Positions 49,559 to 60,286 of a stretch of 64,000 nucleotides of DNA are shown here, piece by piece. The notes beneath the pieces are model-generated. The model did not search any database, was not told the origin of the DNA, and saw only the letters and a list, made by a program, of their open reading frames with translations. Each line of letters begins with the position of its first letter. Positions within the stretch are counted from its first letter, which is position 1. The stretch comes from Acidovorax sp. (GTDB taxonomy: Bacteria; Pseudomonadota; Gammaproteobacteria; Burkholderiales; Burkholderiaceae_C). The stretch lies in assembly GCF_046294525.1 (NCBI RefSeq), contig NZ_JBKBKQ010000001.1, positions 231,263 through 295,262 of the forward strand, given 5' to 3'. Made by a program: the position numbers and the translations under genes.

Positions 49559-50509
49559 ATGAACCCCCTCCTCGACCAGATGCAAACTTTTGCCCGCGTG
49601 GCGGAGCTGGCCAGCTTTACCCAGGCCGCGCAGGTGCTGGGCATTCCCAAGGCCACCGCGTCGCTGGCGGTGCAGCAGCTGGAGGCGCAGCTGGGCACGC
49701 GCCTGCTGCACCGCACAACGCGGCGCGTGCAGCTCACGCAGGACGGCCAGGCGTATTACGAGCGCTGCAAGGACCTGCTGGACGATGTGGACGAGCTGCA
49801 AGCCCTGTTCCAGCAGCCGGGCGGGGCGGCCCTGCGCGGGCGGGTCCGCATCGACATGTCCACTGGCATTGCGCGGCAGCTGGTGCTGCCGCGCCTTCCG
49901 GAGCTGATGGACCGCCACCCGCTGCTGGAGGTGGAGCTGAGCAGCACCGACCGCCGCGTGGACCTGGTGCGCGAGGGCTTTGACTGCGTGATCCGTGTAG
50001 GCCCCGTGGCCGAGCCCAGCCTGGTGGCGCGCCCGCTGGGCAATGTGCGCGTGGCCACCTGCGCCAGCCCAGGCTACCTGGCGCGCAAGGGCTGGCCCCA
50101 CACGCTGGTCGACCTGGCGCAGCACGACCTGGTGCACTACGTGAGCACGCTGGGCACGCGCTCGGCGGGGTTTGAAACACTGGATTCCAACGGCGAGACC
50201 CGCTTCCACACCATGGCGGGCCGCATCACGGTGAACAGCGCCGAGGCCTACCTGGGCGCCTGCGCTGCCGGGCTGGGGCTGATCCAGGCGCCGCTGCTGG
50301 GCGTGCGCGAACTGATTGACCGTGGCCTGCTGGTGGAGGTGATGCCTGAGCACCCCGCCCCGCCCATGCCGGTGACTCTGCTGTACGCCCATCGGCGCCA
50401 CCTGTCGCAGCGTGTGCGGGTGGTGATGGACTGGCTGGCGGAGGTGGTGCAGGCGCACCTGCGCAGCGAAGCAGAGACTGCGGACGCCCAAAAACTATCA
50501 AAAAAATAG
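49559..50509 (+). CDS. LysR-family transcriptional regulator
   Basis: N-terminal HTH (MQTFARVAELASFTQAAQVLGIPKATASLAVQQLE) plus a LysR substrate-binding domain; divergent from the SDR gene. Confidence 0.85.
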   Translation: MNPLLDQMQTFARVAELASFTQAAQVLGIPKATASLAVQQLEAQLGTRLLHRTTRRVQLTQDGQAYYERCKDLLDDVDELQALFQQPGGAALRGRVRIDMSTGIARQLVLPRLPELMDRHPLLEVELSSTDRRVDLVREGFDCVIRVGPVAEPSLVARPLGNVRVATCASPGYLARKGWPHTLVDLAQHDLVHYVSTLGTRSAGFETLDSNGETRFHTMAGRITVNSAEAYLGACAAGLGLIQAPLLGVRELIDRGLLVEVMPEHPAPPMPVTLLYAHRRHLSQRVRVVMDWLAEVVQAHLRSEAETADAQKLSKK

Positions 50510-50552
50510 CTGCCAGCGCTTGCTGGATAAGCGCTAGAAGCCAAAAACACTT
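50490..50552 (-). repeat. copy E of ~55-60 bp palindromic repeat family
   Basis: Its reverse complement, TTTTTGGCTTCTAGCGCTTATCCAGCAAGCGCTGGCAGCTATTTTTTT, aligns with copy B; it overlaps the LysR stop codon and last codons. Confidence 0.5.
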
Positions 50553-50576
50553 CAAACCCTGTGAATTGACGGATAG

Positions 50577-51704
50577 CTACGCGCCAGAGAACCGGTACAC
50601 GATGGCGCCACGCGCCACCTCGCCCGGTTGCCACCAACGGGTAGGGAAGGCAGGGTGGTTCGGGGCGTCGGGGTACTCCATGGGCTCCAGGCAGATGCCA
50701 TCGCCGGGTTGCCACAGCCAGCCCTCGCCAGGTGCGCCCACGGCGGGGCGCCCCAGGTCGCGCGCAGGGTCAGCCTTCAGGCCGTGGCCCGCGTACACCT
50801 GCACGCCCGGTACGCTGCTCCACACCTCCATGGCGCGGCCACTGACGGGCTCGGCCAGCAACGCGGCCAAGCGCAGGCCTGCGGGCGTGACGGCCGAGGT
50901 GGGCATGTGCGGTGGTGAGGCGTGCGCGCGGTCGTCCAGCACCAGGTAATGGTCCAGCCCGCCAGCGCGTGCCAGCTGCTCGTGCGGCTGCGCCACGGCG
51001 TCGCCCACGCGGCGCGGTTGAAGAAAATCGAACGGCGTGCCCTGCGCCGGCGCCAGCGCGCCGCTGGGGCACACGTCGGCCTCCAGCGGCACGTAGCGGC
51101 TGGCGGGCACCTGCAGGGTGTGGGCGTGCGTGCTGCCTGCGCCAGCCAGATTGAAAAACGCGTGGCCGGTGGGGTTGAACACCGTGGAGGCATCAGCCAC
51201 CTCGGCGGTCCACGCCATGTGCAAGGCGTTGTCGGGCGCGGCATGCAGCACCAGCTGCAGTCGCACCGAGCCGGGTACGCCATCGTCTTCGGTGCGGAAG
51301 GTGTGGCCCAGCACCAGGGTGTCGGGCTGCACATCCTGCACCACAAACACCTGGAACCGGCTGCCGCGCGGGCCGCCATGGTGGTGGTGCGGGCCGCTGT
51401 TGGTGGGCAGCTGCAGCGCTGCGCCATCGGGCAATGCCAACTTTCCCTGGCGCAGCCGCCCGGCCCATCGGCCGATGAAGGCGCCCATGGAGAGCTGGCC
51501 GTCCAGGTAGCCCTGCAGGCTGTCATAGCCCAGGGCCACATCGACCAGACCGCCCTGCGCGTCGGGCACGGCCACCTGCACCAGGCGGGCGCCGTAGTTG
51601 CTCACGGCCACCTGCAGGCCGCCTGCGCCGTGCAGGGTGAAAAGATCGGTGCGCTGGCCATGCAGGTCGCGCTGGAATGCGTCGCGGGAGAGTGTGAAAG
51701 CCAT
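50577..51704 (-). CDS. aldose 1-epimerase (galactose mutarotase-like)
   Basis: 375 aa with a mutarotase-like fold signature (NPTGHAFFNL, catalytic His/Glu context). Confidence 0.65.
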   Translation of the reverse strand: MAFTLSRDAFQRDLHGQRTDLFTLHGAGGLQVAVSNYGARLVQVAVPDAQGGLVDVALGYDSLQGYLDGQLSMGAFIGRWAGRLRQGKLALPDGAALQLPTNSGPHHHHGGPRGSRFQVFVVQDVQPDTLVLGHTFRTEDDGVPGSVRLQLVLHAAPDNALHMAWTAEVADASTVFNPTGHAFFNLAGAGSTHAHTLQVPASRYVPLEADVCPSGALAPAQGTPFDFLQPRRVGDAVAQPHEQLARAGGLDHYLVLDDRAHASPPHMPTSAVTPAGLRLAALLAEPVSGRAMEVWSSVPGVQVYAGHGLKADPARDLGRPAVGAPGEGWLWQPGDGICLEPMEYPDAPNHPAFPTRWWQPGEVARGAIVYRFSGA

Positions 51705-51714
51705 GGCGGCAAGT

Positions 51715-52644
51715 CTATTTGTTGGCAGGCGGCGCGTCGCGCGTCACCAGCCAGATGCCCGCGCACACCAGCACCAGGGCCAGCAGGTTCTTCCACTCCA
51801 GCAGCGCCTCGCCCAGAAAGAGTGCCGACAGCGCTGCGCCGAAGATCGGCACCGTGAAGTTGAACACCGTGACCTGGCTCACGCGGTTGTGCTTGAGCAG
51901 AATGCTCCACAACGAAAACGCGGCCGAGGACAACAGCGCCAGGTAGATCAGCAGCACGGTCGAGCCCACTGTGAAACCTGTGAGCGAGCCCCCCAGCGCC
52001 CAGCCGATGGCCAGCAGCGCCACGCCGCCAATGCCCAGCTGCCAGCCGGTCATCACCACCGAATCCATGCGCTGCGACACCTGCTTGCCGTAGATGCTGG
52101 CCGCGGCCAGCACGAAGGCGGCGAACACCACAAAGCCCTCGCCCAGCAGGGTGAAGTCCAGGTCCAGCGTGCCGCGCCCGAGGTTCACCACCATCACACC
52201 CACAAAGCCCACCACGCAGCCCCAAAGCTTGGCATGGCTCAGGCGGTCGTTGTGATAGACCCAGTGCGCCAGCAGCACGCTAAAAAACGTGCCCGTGGCA
52301 TTCATGATGGAGCCCTTGACGCCCGTGGTGTGCGCGAGGCCCACGTAGAAGAACACGTACTGCAGTGTCGTCTGTGCCAACCCCAGCACCACCAGCTGGC
52401 GCCCGGCCCCGGGCCCCAGACCCCAGATGGCCTTGCGCGTGGCCACGGCCCAGGCCAGCAGGATCAGCCCCGCGCCCAGAAAGCGCCAGCCTGCGAATAC
52501 GAGCTGCGTGGGAATGTCATTGCGGACGATGCCAAACCAGGCGTAGCCGGTCTTGATGGCCGGGTACGAGCTGCCCCATAGCAGACAGCACAGCAGCGCC
52601 AGCGCCACCACGACCTTGCGGTCGGAAAAACGGGTGTGACCCAT
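51715..52644 (-). CDS. DMT-superfamily (EamA-like) transporter
   Basis: 10-TM protein with two EamA halves; the start was set at an internal Met. Confidence 0.75.
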   Translation of the reverse strand: MGHTRFSDRKVVVALALLCCLLWGSSYPAIKTGYAWFGIVRNDIPTQLVFAGWRFLGAGLILLAWAVATRKAIWGLGPGAGRQLVVLGLAQTTLQYVFFYVGLAHTTGVKGSIMNATGTFFSVLLAHWVYHNDRLSHAKLWGCVVGFVGVMVVNLGRGTLDLDFTLLGEGFVVFAAFVLAAASIYGKQVSQRMDSVVMTGWQLGIGGVALLAIGWALGGSLTGFTVGSTVLLIYLALLSSAAFSLWSILLKHNRVSQVTVFNFTVPIFGAALSALFLGEALLEWKNLLALVLVCAGIWLVTRDAPPANK

Positions 52645-52727
52645 GAGAAACGGTCTTTCAAGGACAACAGCCCTTGCAGGCAAGGGCTGTTGGAGGGGAA
52701 ACACAAGGGGCCATAGCCCCTATAACT

Positions 52728-54305
52728 TCACGTCACCGGCGCCGGGTTGAACAGCCCCAGCGCGTTGTGCAGCTTCCACTGCTCGGCCCAAGTCTTCTTG
52801 CGGCCGCTGGCCACGTCGAGCAGCAGGTGGAACATCTCCCAGCCCAGGTCTTCGATGGTGGCCTCGCCGTCGGCTATCTTGCCCGCGTTGATGTCCATCA
52901 GGTCGTGCCAACGGCGCGCCAGGTCGCTGCGCGTGGCCACTTTGACCACGGGGCATTCGGCCAGGCCGTAGGGCGTGCCCCGGCCGGTGGTGAAGACATG
53001 CAGGTTCATGCCCGCAGCCAGCTGCAGCGTGCCGCAGATGAAGTCGCTGGCGGGCGTGGCGGCGTACACCAGGCCGCGCTGGTCGCGGCGCAGTTTTTCG
53101 CCCGGAGCCAGCACGTGCGCAATGGGCGCAGTGCCGCTCTTGATGATGGAGCCCATGGCCTTCTCGGCGATGTTCGACAGCCCGCCCGCCTTGTTGCCGG
53201 GGGTGGTGTTGGCTGCGCGGTCCACACGGCCGCGGTCCAGGTAGCGGTCGTACCAGCCGAGTTCGCGCACGATGGCTTGCGCGACTTCAGGCGTGGCGGC
53301 GCGGCTGGTGAGCTGCTCCACGGCGTCGCGCACCTCGGTGTTCTCGCTGAACATCACCGTGGCACCCGCGCGCACCAGCAGGTCTGCGCAAAAGCCCACG
53401 GCCGGGTTTGCGGTGACGCCCGAGAACGCATCGCTGCCGCCGCACTGCACGCCCAGCACCAGCTCGCTGGCCGGGAGGGTCTCGCGGCGGCGGGCGTTGA
53501 GGCGTTCGAGGTGCGGGCGCGCGCTTTGCACGATGTGGTCGAGCATGGACATGAAGCCGACATGCTCTTCGGCCTGCAGGCACACGGTCTCTGGGCCCAA
53601 GGCCGCATCGCGTTCGTCGGTGATGGGAAAGCTGCCCGGGGGCAGCAGGCGGTCGGGTTGCAGCTTTTCGCAACCGAGACTCACCACCATGACCTCGCCG
53701 CCAAAGTTGGGGTTGAGGCTGATGTTGCGCAGCGTGCGGATCGGGATGATGGCGTCGGGCGCATCAATGGCCACGCCGCAGCCGTAGGTGTGCTCCAGGC
53801 CGATCACATCATCCACATGGGGGTACAGAGGCAGCAGCTCGGCCTTGATGCGGCGCACGGCCTGCGTCACCACACCGGCCACACACTGCACGGTGGTGGT
53901 GATGGCCAGGATGTTGCGCGTGCCAACCGAGCCGTCGGCGTTGCGGTAGCCCTCGAAGGTGTAGCCGGTCAAAGGCTCCGGCACCGGCGGCTTCACCGTG
54001 GCCATGGGCAGGCCCTCGAGCGCGCGGGCCGAGGGCATCTGCAGCAGGCGTTCGTGCACCCAACTGCCGGCTGAAATATCTTTCAACGCATAGCCGATGG
54101 GCACGTTGTAGCGGCGCACCACCTCGCCTTCGGCAATGTTTTGCAGCGCCACCTTATGGCCTTGCGGTACCTTGTCGCGCAGCGCCAGGCCTGCGCCGGG
54201 CACCCCGGGAGGCAGCACGGTGCCAGCGGGCAGGCCGCCATCGTTGGCGACGATGGCGACGTTGTCATCCGCGTGCATGCGGATGGTGAGGGCGGGTCGG
54301 GTCAT
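52728..54305 (-). CDS. garD: galactarate dehydratase / altronate dehydratase family (UxaA/GarD, SAF + dehydratase domains)
   Basis: 525 aa with an N-terminal SAF domain and a C-terminal UxaA-family region; sits in an operon with uronate genes. Confidence 0.75.
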   Translation of the reverse strand: MTRPALTIRMHADDNVAIVANDGGLPAGTVLPPGVPGAGLALRDKVPQGHKVALQNIAEGEVVRRYNVPIGYALKDISAGSWVHERLLQMPSARALEGLPMATVKPPVPEPLTGYTFEGYRNADGSVGTRNILAITTTVQCVAGVVTQAVRRIKAELLPLYPHVDDVIGLEHTYGCGVAIDAPDAIIPIRTLRNISLNPNFGGEVMVVSLGCEKLQPDRLLPPGSFPITDERDAALGPETVCLQAEEHVGFMSMLDHIVQSARPHLERLNARRRETLPASELVLGVQCGGSDAFSGVTANPAVGFCADLLVRAGATVMFSENTEVRDAVEQLTSRAATPEVAQAIVRELGWYDRYLDRGRVDRAANTTPGNKAGGLSNIAEKAMGSIIKSGTAPIAHVLAPGEKLRRDQRGLVYAATPASDFICGTLQLAAGMNLHVFTTGRGTPYGLAECPVVKVATRSDLARRWHDLMDINAGKIADGEATIEDLGWEMFHLLLDVASGRKKTWAEQWKLHNALGLFNPAPVT

Positions 54306-54345
54306 CGGTGGTGGGGTCTTGGCAAAGTCGGCAATGCAGCAAAGG

Positions 54346-55374
54346 TCATGCCTCAGGCTGCAGGGGCAGCATCGTGATCCAGTTCGGATTCAGGCCCACA
54401 TCGTGCTCTGCCACCTGCGTCAGCGCGCCGCTGGCGGGCGCAATCAAGTGCACGCCGACCCGGTGGCTCAGCTGGCCTGCGGCCAGCAGGTGGCGGCCGT
54501 CGGGCGCGATGGCGAAGCCGCGAGGCTGAAGCTGGGTGTGCCAATGTCCGATGGGGTTCAGCAGGCCACTGGTGGCGTCCACGGCAAAGCCCGCCAGTGT
54601 GTGGCTGTTGCGCTCGCTGGTGTACAGCCAGCGGCCGTCCGGGCTGAGGTGAATATCAGCAGCCCAGGCCGTACCGACAAAGCCGGGCGGCAGCGTGGGC
54701 AGGCTTTGCAACAGCTCCAGGCCGCCGCTTGCTTCGTCCCACGCCAGCACATGCACGAAGGCGTCGAGCTCGCCCAACAGATAGACCCGGTCGCCCCGCG
54801 CGTTAAAGCGCAAGTGCCTTGGACCGGTGCCCGCAGGCAGGGCGAAGACAGCGGGCTCGCTTGGCTGCAAAGCCCCCGTGGCCGCATCGAGGCGGTAACG
54901 GTGCAGCTGCCCACCACCCAGCGATGCCGCCAGCACAAAACCGTTGCCAGGGCTGGGCAGCGCGCTGTGCGCATGGCGGCCCGTGGCGTAGGTGGCGGCG
55001 GCAGCAGCAGCATCCACGACACCATTGGGGCCGATGGGCTGCACAGCCACCAGGTCGGACCCGTACGAGGCTGTAAGCAGCCAGCGTCCCGTGCCATCCG
55101 TGGCCACATGGGCCATGCTGGCAGGTAGCGGCGCCTCGCCCAGCACCTCGGCGCGGCCTGCGCGGCTGTCCACGGCCAGCGTGACCACAGCCAGCGGATC
55201 GCTGCGCCGAGCGACATACAGGCGGGTGCTGTCGGGACTCAATGCCATGGGCATGAGCTGGCCACCCAGAGGCAGTACCTGCTCGGTGCGCAGCTGGCCC
55301 GTGTGGGACGCCAGATGAAGCACGTGCAACTCGCCGCTGTCGGCGCAAGAAACCAAAACCAGGGTATCGCTCAT
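54346..55374 (-). CDS. 7-bladed beta-propeller lactonase (putative uronolactone/galactarolactone-acting)
   Basis: 342 aa with repeated beta-propeller blades (…LSPDGRWLY…, …IAPDGRHLL…), in the 3-carboxymuconate cyclase/6-phosphogluconolactonase family. Confidence 0.6.
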   Translation of the reverse strand: MSDTLVLVSCADSGELHVLHLASHTGQLRTEQVLPLGGQLMPMALSPDSTRLYVARRSDPLAVVTLAVDSRAGRAEVLGEAPLPASMAHVATDGTGRWLLTASYGSDLVAVQPIGPNGVVDAAAAAATYATGRHAHSALPSPGNGFVLAASLGGGQLHRYRLDAATGALQPSEPAVFALPAGTGPRHLRFNARGDRVYLLGELDAFVHVLAWDEASGGLELLQSLPTLPPGFVGTAWAADIHLSPDGRWLYTSERNSHTLAGFAVDATSGLLNPIGHWHTQLQPRGFAIAPDGRHLLAAGQLSHRVGVHLIAPASGALTQVAEHDVGLNPNWITMLPLQPEA

Positions 55375-55390
55375 CGAACAAGCCCCATGG

Positions 55391-56674
55391 TCAGAGCCCC
55401 ATCGCGCGCGGCAGCGACAGCGAGATGGCCGGCACGTAGGTGATCATCAGTAGCACCACAAACAGCGCCGTAAAGAACGGCAGCATGGCGCGCGAGACGA
55501 TGCCAAGCGGCAGCTTAGCCACGGCCGCACCGGTGAACAGCACCGTGCCCACGGGCGGCGTGATGAGACCGATGCCCAGGTTGACCATCATGATCATGCC
55601 GAAGTGCACCGGGTCCACGCCCAGCAGCTTGACCACGGGCAGCAGGATGGGCGTGAGGATGAGGATGAGGGGCGACATGTCCATCAGGCAGCCCAGCAGC
55701 AGCAGCATGATATTGATCAGCGCAAGGATGACGTACTTGTTGTCCGACAGGCTGGTGAGGAACATGGTGACCTTCATGGGGATCATCATCATCGTCATGA
55801 GGTAGCCAAACGCTGCCGCAAAGCCGATGAGGATCATCACCACGGTCACCGTCTTCACGGTGCGGTGCACCAGCTTGGGCAGGTCGCGCCAGCGGTAGTC
55901 GCGGTAGATGAACATGGTCACGAAGAACGCCCACAGCACCGCAATCGACGCCGATTCGTTGGCAGTGAACACGCCCGACAGGATGCCGCCCAGGATGATG
56001 ACCATGGTCATCAGGCCCCACAGGGCTTCCACACAGATCTTGAGCGCCTGCTTGAGCGGGATGACCTCGCCCTTGGGGTAGCCCTGCCTGTGGGCCGTGA
56101 ACAGGCACAGGCCCGCCAGCGTGAGCCCCAGCATCAGCCCTGGCAGCACGCCGGCCATGAACAGCGCAGCAATGGACACGGAGCCCCCCGCTGCCAGCGA
56201 ATACAGCACCGCGTTGTGGCTGGGCGGGATGAGGATGGCCTGCACCGAGCCGCTGACGGTAACGGCCGTGGCGAACGGGCGTGGGTAGCCCTGCTTTTCC
56301 ATCTGCGGAATCAGCACCGAACCGATGGAGGCCGTGTCGGCCACCGACGAGCCCGAGATGGCGCCAAAGAACGTGGAAGCCAGGATGTTGACCAGCGACA
56401 GCCCGCCGCGGATAAAACCCACCAGCACGCCCGCAAACGCCACCAGCCGCCGCGCCATGCCGCCTTCGGCCATGATGGCGCCGGCCAGCACAAAAAACGG
56501 AATCGCCAGCAGCGAGAACTTGTTGACGCCCGAGGCGAGCTGGATCATCACCGCGTCCAGCGGCAGCTCGATCCACAGTGCACCGGCCAGCGCCGCCAGG
56601 CCCAGCGAATAGGCAATGGGCACGCCAATCATCATCAGCACGAAGAACGTGCCCAGCAGTACGAGGGTGTCCAT
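55391..56674 (-). CDS. dctM: TRAP transporter large permease DctM
   Basis: 427 aa with 12+ TM helices and a DctM family signature. Confidence 0.85.
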   Translation of the reverse strand: MDTLVLLGTFFVLMMIGVPIAYSLGLAALAGALWIELPLDAVMIQLASGVNKFSLLAIPFFVLAGAIMAEGGMARRLVAFAGVLVGFIRGGLSLVNILASTFFGAISGSSVADTASIGSVLIPQMEKQGYPRPFATAVTVSGSVQAILIPPSHNAVLYSLAAGGSVSIAALFMAGVLPGLMLGLTLAGLCLFTAHRQGYPKGEVIPLKQALKICVEALWGLMTMVIILGGILSGVFTANESASIAVLWAFFVTMFIYRDYRWRDLPKLVHRTVKTVTVVMILIGFAAAFGYLMTMMMIPMKVTMFLTSLSDNKYVILALINIMLLLLGCLMDMSPLILILTPILLPVVKLLGVDPVHFGMIMMVNLGIGLITPPVGTVLFTGAAVAKLPLGIVSRAMLPFFTALFVVLLMITYVPAISLSLPRAMGL

Positions 56675-56676
56675 GG

Positions 56677-57195
56677 TCAGGCTCCGTCAGCGAGTTCTTC
56701 GTAGCGCACGATGCGCCGATGGGCCTGCGTGCCGAACACCATTTTTTCCAGCACGAACAGCAGCGTCACTGCCGCGCCGATGGGCAGCGATGCATACGTG
56801 GCACCCACGGGCAGCCAGGGTAGTTCGGCAATGCCCTGCCCCCAGGTTTCAATGCAGAGGTTGGTGCCATACCAGGCCACAAAGCCGCAGATGACCAGCA
56901 TGAGCAAGTCCACCACCGTGCCCAACACGTGTTGCACAGCACGGGGCAGTTTTTCGGTGAGCATGTTGACGGCAATGTGGCCGCCCGCCCGGTAGGCTGC
57001 TGCGGCGCCGATGAAGGTGAACACCATCATGAGCAGGATGGCGATGGGCTCGGGCCATTGAGACCCCGTGCCCATCACGTAGCGACTGAACACGCCCCAC
57101 GGGATGATCAGCGACATGAAGAAGATGGCCGTGCCGGCGGCCCAGATGGTGGCCAGATACAGGCGGTCCATCCAGCGCAAGAAGGGGTGGTCCAT
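56677..57195 (-). CDS. dctQ: TRAP transporter small permease DctQ
   Basis: ~172 aa with 4 TM helices, between dctP and dctM; start at an internal Met. Confidence 0.7.
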   Translation of the reverse strand: MDHPFLRWMDRLYLATIWAAGTAIFFMSLIIPWGVFSRYVMGTGSQWPEPIAILLMMVFTFIGAAAAYRAGGHIAVNMLTEKLPRAVQHVLGTVVDLLMLVICGFVAWYGTNLCIETWGQGIAELPWLPVGATYASLPIGAAVTLLFVLEKMVFGTQAHRRIVRYEELADGA

Positions 57196-57287
57196 ACGAA
57201 TGGGTCCAGGAGAGGTCCAGGGGGCAAGGAAAAAGGCGCAGGCGCCCCACCAGGAGCTTTGCCTGCGCAAGACGTGAACGGTGGTGC

Positions 57288-58277
57288 TTACTTCACCGCC
57301 TCGATGCGCTTCATAAGGTCCGCATAGTTGGCGCCGTACTTGGCGCGCACGGGGGCTGTGGCGTCAAAGAACGGCTTGTTGTCCACAGTGATGAACTCCA
57401 CACCTGCCGCCTTGAGCTTGGCGGTGTAGTCCTCCACACTCTTGTCCCACAGCGCGCGCTGCTCCATCTGGGCTTCGCGCCCAAACTTCTTCAGGAGGGC
57501 CTGGTCATCCTTGCTGAGCTTGTCCCACGTCACCTTCGACACCACCAGCAACTCGGGGATGATCAGGTGGTTGGTCTGCGTGTAGAACTTGGCGCCCGTG
57601 CTGTAGTGGTTGCTGGTGAAGAAGCTGGGCGCATTGTTTTCAGCGCCATCCACCACGCCGGTCTGCAAGGCGGTGAACACTTCGCCGTAACCCATCGAGA
57701 TGCCGTTGCCGCCCATGGCATTCATGGTGTCCACGAACAGCGGGTTGCCCATCATGCGCACCTTCTGGCCCTTGAGGTCGGAGGGGCTGCGCACAGGCTT
57801 CTTGGTGTACAGGCTGCGCGATCCGCCGTCCATCCAGCCGATGGCCACCAGCTTGGCGGGCGATGCGCTGATCTTGGCCAGCAGTTCGTCGCCAATCGCG
57901 CCGTCGATCACCGCGCGCATGTGGTCCTGGCTGCGGAACACGAAGGGCATGTTGAACACGTTCACCTCCGGCACCACCGTTCCCACCGGGCCGAGCGAAG
58001 TGCGCAGGATGTTGATGGCGCCGAACTGCGTCTGCTCGATCATTTCCTTCTCGCCGCCCAGCACGCCGCCGGGGAAGGTCTGGATCTTCAGGCGGCCTTG
58101 CGTGGCGGCTTCGAGCTTTTTGCCCATGTTTTCCACCGCCACCACATTGGGGTAACCGGCGGGGTGCACGTCGGCCGCCTTCAGCACCATGGACTGGGCC
58201 TGGGCGGCAAGGGGAAGCATTGCCATCGCGGCCACAGCGGCGGCGCAGGCAGTCAGCAGGGATCGGCGAAAGGTCAT
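57288..58277 (-). CDS. dctP: TRAP transporter substrate-binding protein DctP (uronate/sugar-acid-type)
   Basis: 329 aa with a signal peptide and a DctP family signature. Confidence 0.85.
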   Translation of the reverse strand: MTFRRSLLTACAAAVAAMAMLPLAAQAQSMVLKAADVHPAGYPNVVAVENMGKKLEAATQGRLKIQTFPGGVLGGEKEMIEQTQFGAINILRTSLGPVGTVVPEVNVFNMPFVFRSQDHMRAVIDGAIGDELLAKISASPAKLVAIGWMDGGSRSLYTKKPVRSPSDLKGQKVRMMGNPLFVDTMNAMGGNGISMGYGEVFTALQTGVVDGAENNAPSFFTSNHYSTGAKFYTQTNHLIIPELLVVSKVTWDKLSKDDQALLKKFGREAQMEQRALWDKSVEDYTAKLKAAGVEFITVDNKPFFDATAPVRAKYGANYADLMKRIEAVK

Positions 58278-58340
58278 GGTTTGTCTCCGGTGGAATGGTT
58301 TTTGAGAGATGTGGAATGGACTGAAATCCCGGCGCCGGGG

Positions 58341-59159
58341 TCATTCGAAAGGACCAGTGCGCACGAACGGACCGCCCTGGTAGATCACGGCGGGGTCGGT
58401 CATGTCGGGATGCGGGTCGGCCGCCTCCACTTTCGCGCGGAAGGGCTCAGAGCTGTCCTCTGGGCGGTAGCCGATGTGGCGCGCCAGGGTGTTGTCCCAC
58501 CAGGTAGTGGTGTTATCGCCCATGCCATAGATGATGCTGTGGCCTACCACTGGCGCCGTGAGGCTGGCGACCACCAGGCGCTCCAAGTCGTCGTAGCTCA
58601 TCCAAGTGGCCAGCATGCGGCGGTTGCGCGGCTCGGGAAAGGATGAGCCAATGCGCAGGCACACGGTCTCGATACCGTAACGGTCGAAGTAGAAGCGCGA
58701 GAGGTCTTCGCCAAACGCCTTTGAAACGCCGTAAAGCCCATCGGGCCGCGCAGGGTCGCGCAGGCCCACGACTTCGTCCTGGCGATAGAAACCGGTGACA
58801 TGGTTGGAGCTGGCAAACACCACGCGCTTGACGCCCTGCTTGCGCGCCGCTTCGTACAAGTTAAAGACGCCCACGATGTTGGCGTGCAAGATGGGCTCCC
58901 AGGGCTGCTCGGTGGACACGCCGCCCAGATGCACCACAGCCTGAACACCCGCCAGCAGGGCCAGCATGGCGCCTGCATCTTCGAGCCGTGCAGGGCGCAG
59001 CTCTTCACCCTCGCTGGCGGCGCCCAGGTCAGCGATGTCGGAAATGCGCAGCGTGGCGCAATAAGCCTTGAGCCTTGGGCGCAGCTGCCGCCCCAGCCCT
59101 CCCGCGGCACCAGTCAACAGAAGTCGTTGGAATCGGATCGGCGTCGGGTGGCAGGGCAT
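58341..59159 (-). CDS. udh: NAD-dependent epimerase/dehydratase-family enzyme, probable uronate dehydrogenase
   Basis: ~270 aa with a TGAAGGLG Rossmann motif and a YxxxK motif; its size and context (lactonase, garD, TRAP) match bacterial Udh. Confidence 0.6.
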   Translation of the reverse strand: MPCHPTPIRFQRLLLTGAAGGLGRQLRPRLKAYCATLRISDIADLGAASEGEELRPARLEDAGAMLALLAGVQAVVHLGGVSTEQPWEPILHANIVGVFNLYEAARKQGVKRVVFASSNHVTGFYRQDEVVGLRDPARPDGLYGVSKAFGEDLSRFYFDRYGIETVCLRIGSSFPEPRNRRMLATWMSYDDLERLVVASLTAPVVGHSIIYGMGDNTTTWWDNTLARHIGYRPEDSSEPFRAKVEAADPHPDMTDPAVIYQGGPFVRTGPFE

Positions 59160-59280
59160 GGCAGTGGCGAAGGTTCTTGGTACAGTGGCGTTACACGGGG
59201 TTGCACGTCATCAGTTGTCGTACAACAATGCGGCAATGTACCCGTCTCTCCGTCGCCGCCACATAGGGATAACACCGAGA

Positions 59281-60009
59281 ATGAACACCGATACCCTGCT
59301 CCGCCGCAAGCCCCGCACCCTGGCCCTGGAGCTGGTTGAGTCACTGGGCGACCGCATCCGCGACGGCCGGTTGGCGCTGGGCGCCAAGCTGCCCACAGAG
59401 GCAGCGATCATGGACGAGTTCAGCGTGAGCCGCACGGTGGTGCGCGAGGCAATTTCCAAGCTGCAGGCGTCGGGGCTGGTGGAAACGCGCCACGGCATCG
59501 GCACGTTTGTATTGGGCCTGGGGCAGGCCCCGGGCTTCAAGATTACGCCAGACCAAGTCAGCACGCTGCGCGATGTGATTGCCGTGCTGGAACTGCGCAT
59601 CGGTGTGGAAACCGAAGCCGCGGCCCTGGCCGCGCAGCGACGCACCGACGCCAACTTGGCAACCATGCGCGAGGCGCTGAATGCCGTGGCGTCGGCCGTG
59701 GACGCAGGACGGGATGCAGTGGCGGCGGATTTCCAGTTCCATCTGGAAATCGCCCGTGCGACACAGAACAGCCACTTTGCCGAGCTGATGGGCACGCTGG
59801 GCAGCATGATCATTCCCCGCGCGCGGCTGGATGCCACCGACGCACTGAACGACGAGCGTCGCCAATACCTGCGCCGTGTAAACGGCGAACACGAGAGCAT
59901 CTACGATGCCATCGTGGCGCAAGACCCGGACGCCGCACGCGCCGCCATGCGCACCCACCTGGCCAACAGCCGCGAGCGCCGCCGCCGCGCGCAGGCCGAA
60001 GCCAGCTGA
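59281..60009 (+). CDS. GntR-family (FadR/FCD subfamily) transcriptional regulator
   Basis: Winged HTH (AIMDEFSVSRTVVREAISKLQASGLVETRHGIGTFV) plus an FCD domain; divergent from the uronate operon. Confidence 0.8.
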   Translation: MNTDTLLRRKPRTLALELVESLGDRIRDGRLALGAKLPTEAAIMDEFSVSRTVVREAISKLQASGLVETRHGIGTFVLGLGQAPGFKITPDQVSTLRDVIAVLELRIGVETEAAALAAQRRTDANLATMREALNAVASAVDAGRDAVAADFQFHLEIARATQNSHFAELMGTLGSMIIPRARLDATDALNDERRQYLRRVNGEHESIYDAIVAQDPDAARAAMRTHLANSRERRRRAQAEAS

Positions 60010-60286
60010 TATCAGAGACCCGCTGCAGCGACCAACCGCTCGGCGCTGCGGCCGAAGCAACTGCGCCGATACCTGCTACAGGGAGCTCCGCTACAGCTGA
60101 CTCCCGATACCAAAACCTCTCGCATTGTTGTACGATGACATACAACAAAATATCATTCTGTCACCGCTTTGAGCGCGGCATGTGCCCGGCCGCGGGCGTT
60201 ACGCAAGCGACTGCCACGTACTCCCATCGTGCCGTGCACGGGCCTCGTACCAACTTTCTTCCACCACCAACCACACCACCACAGCC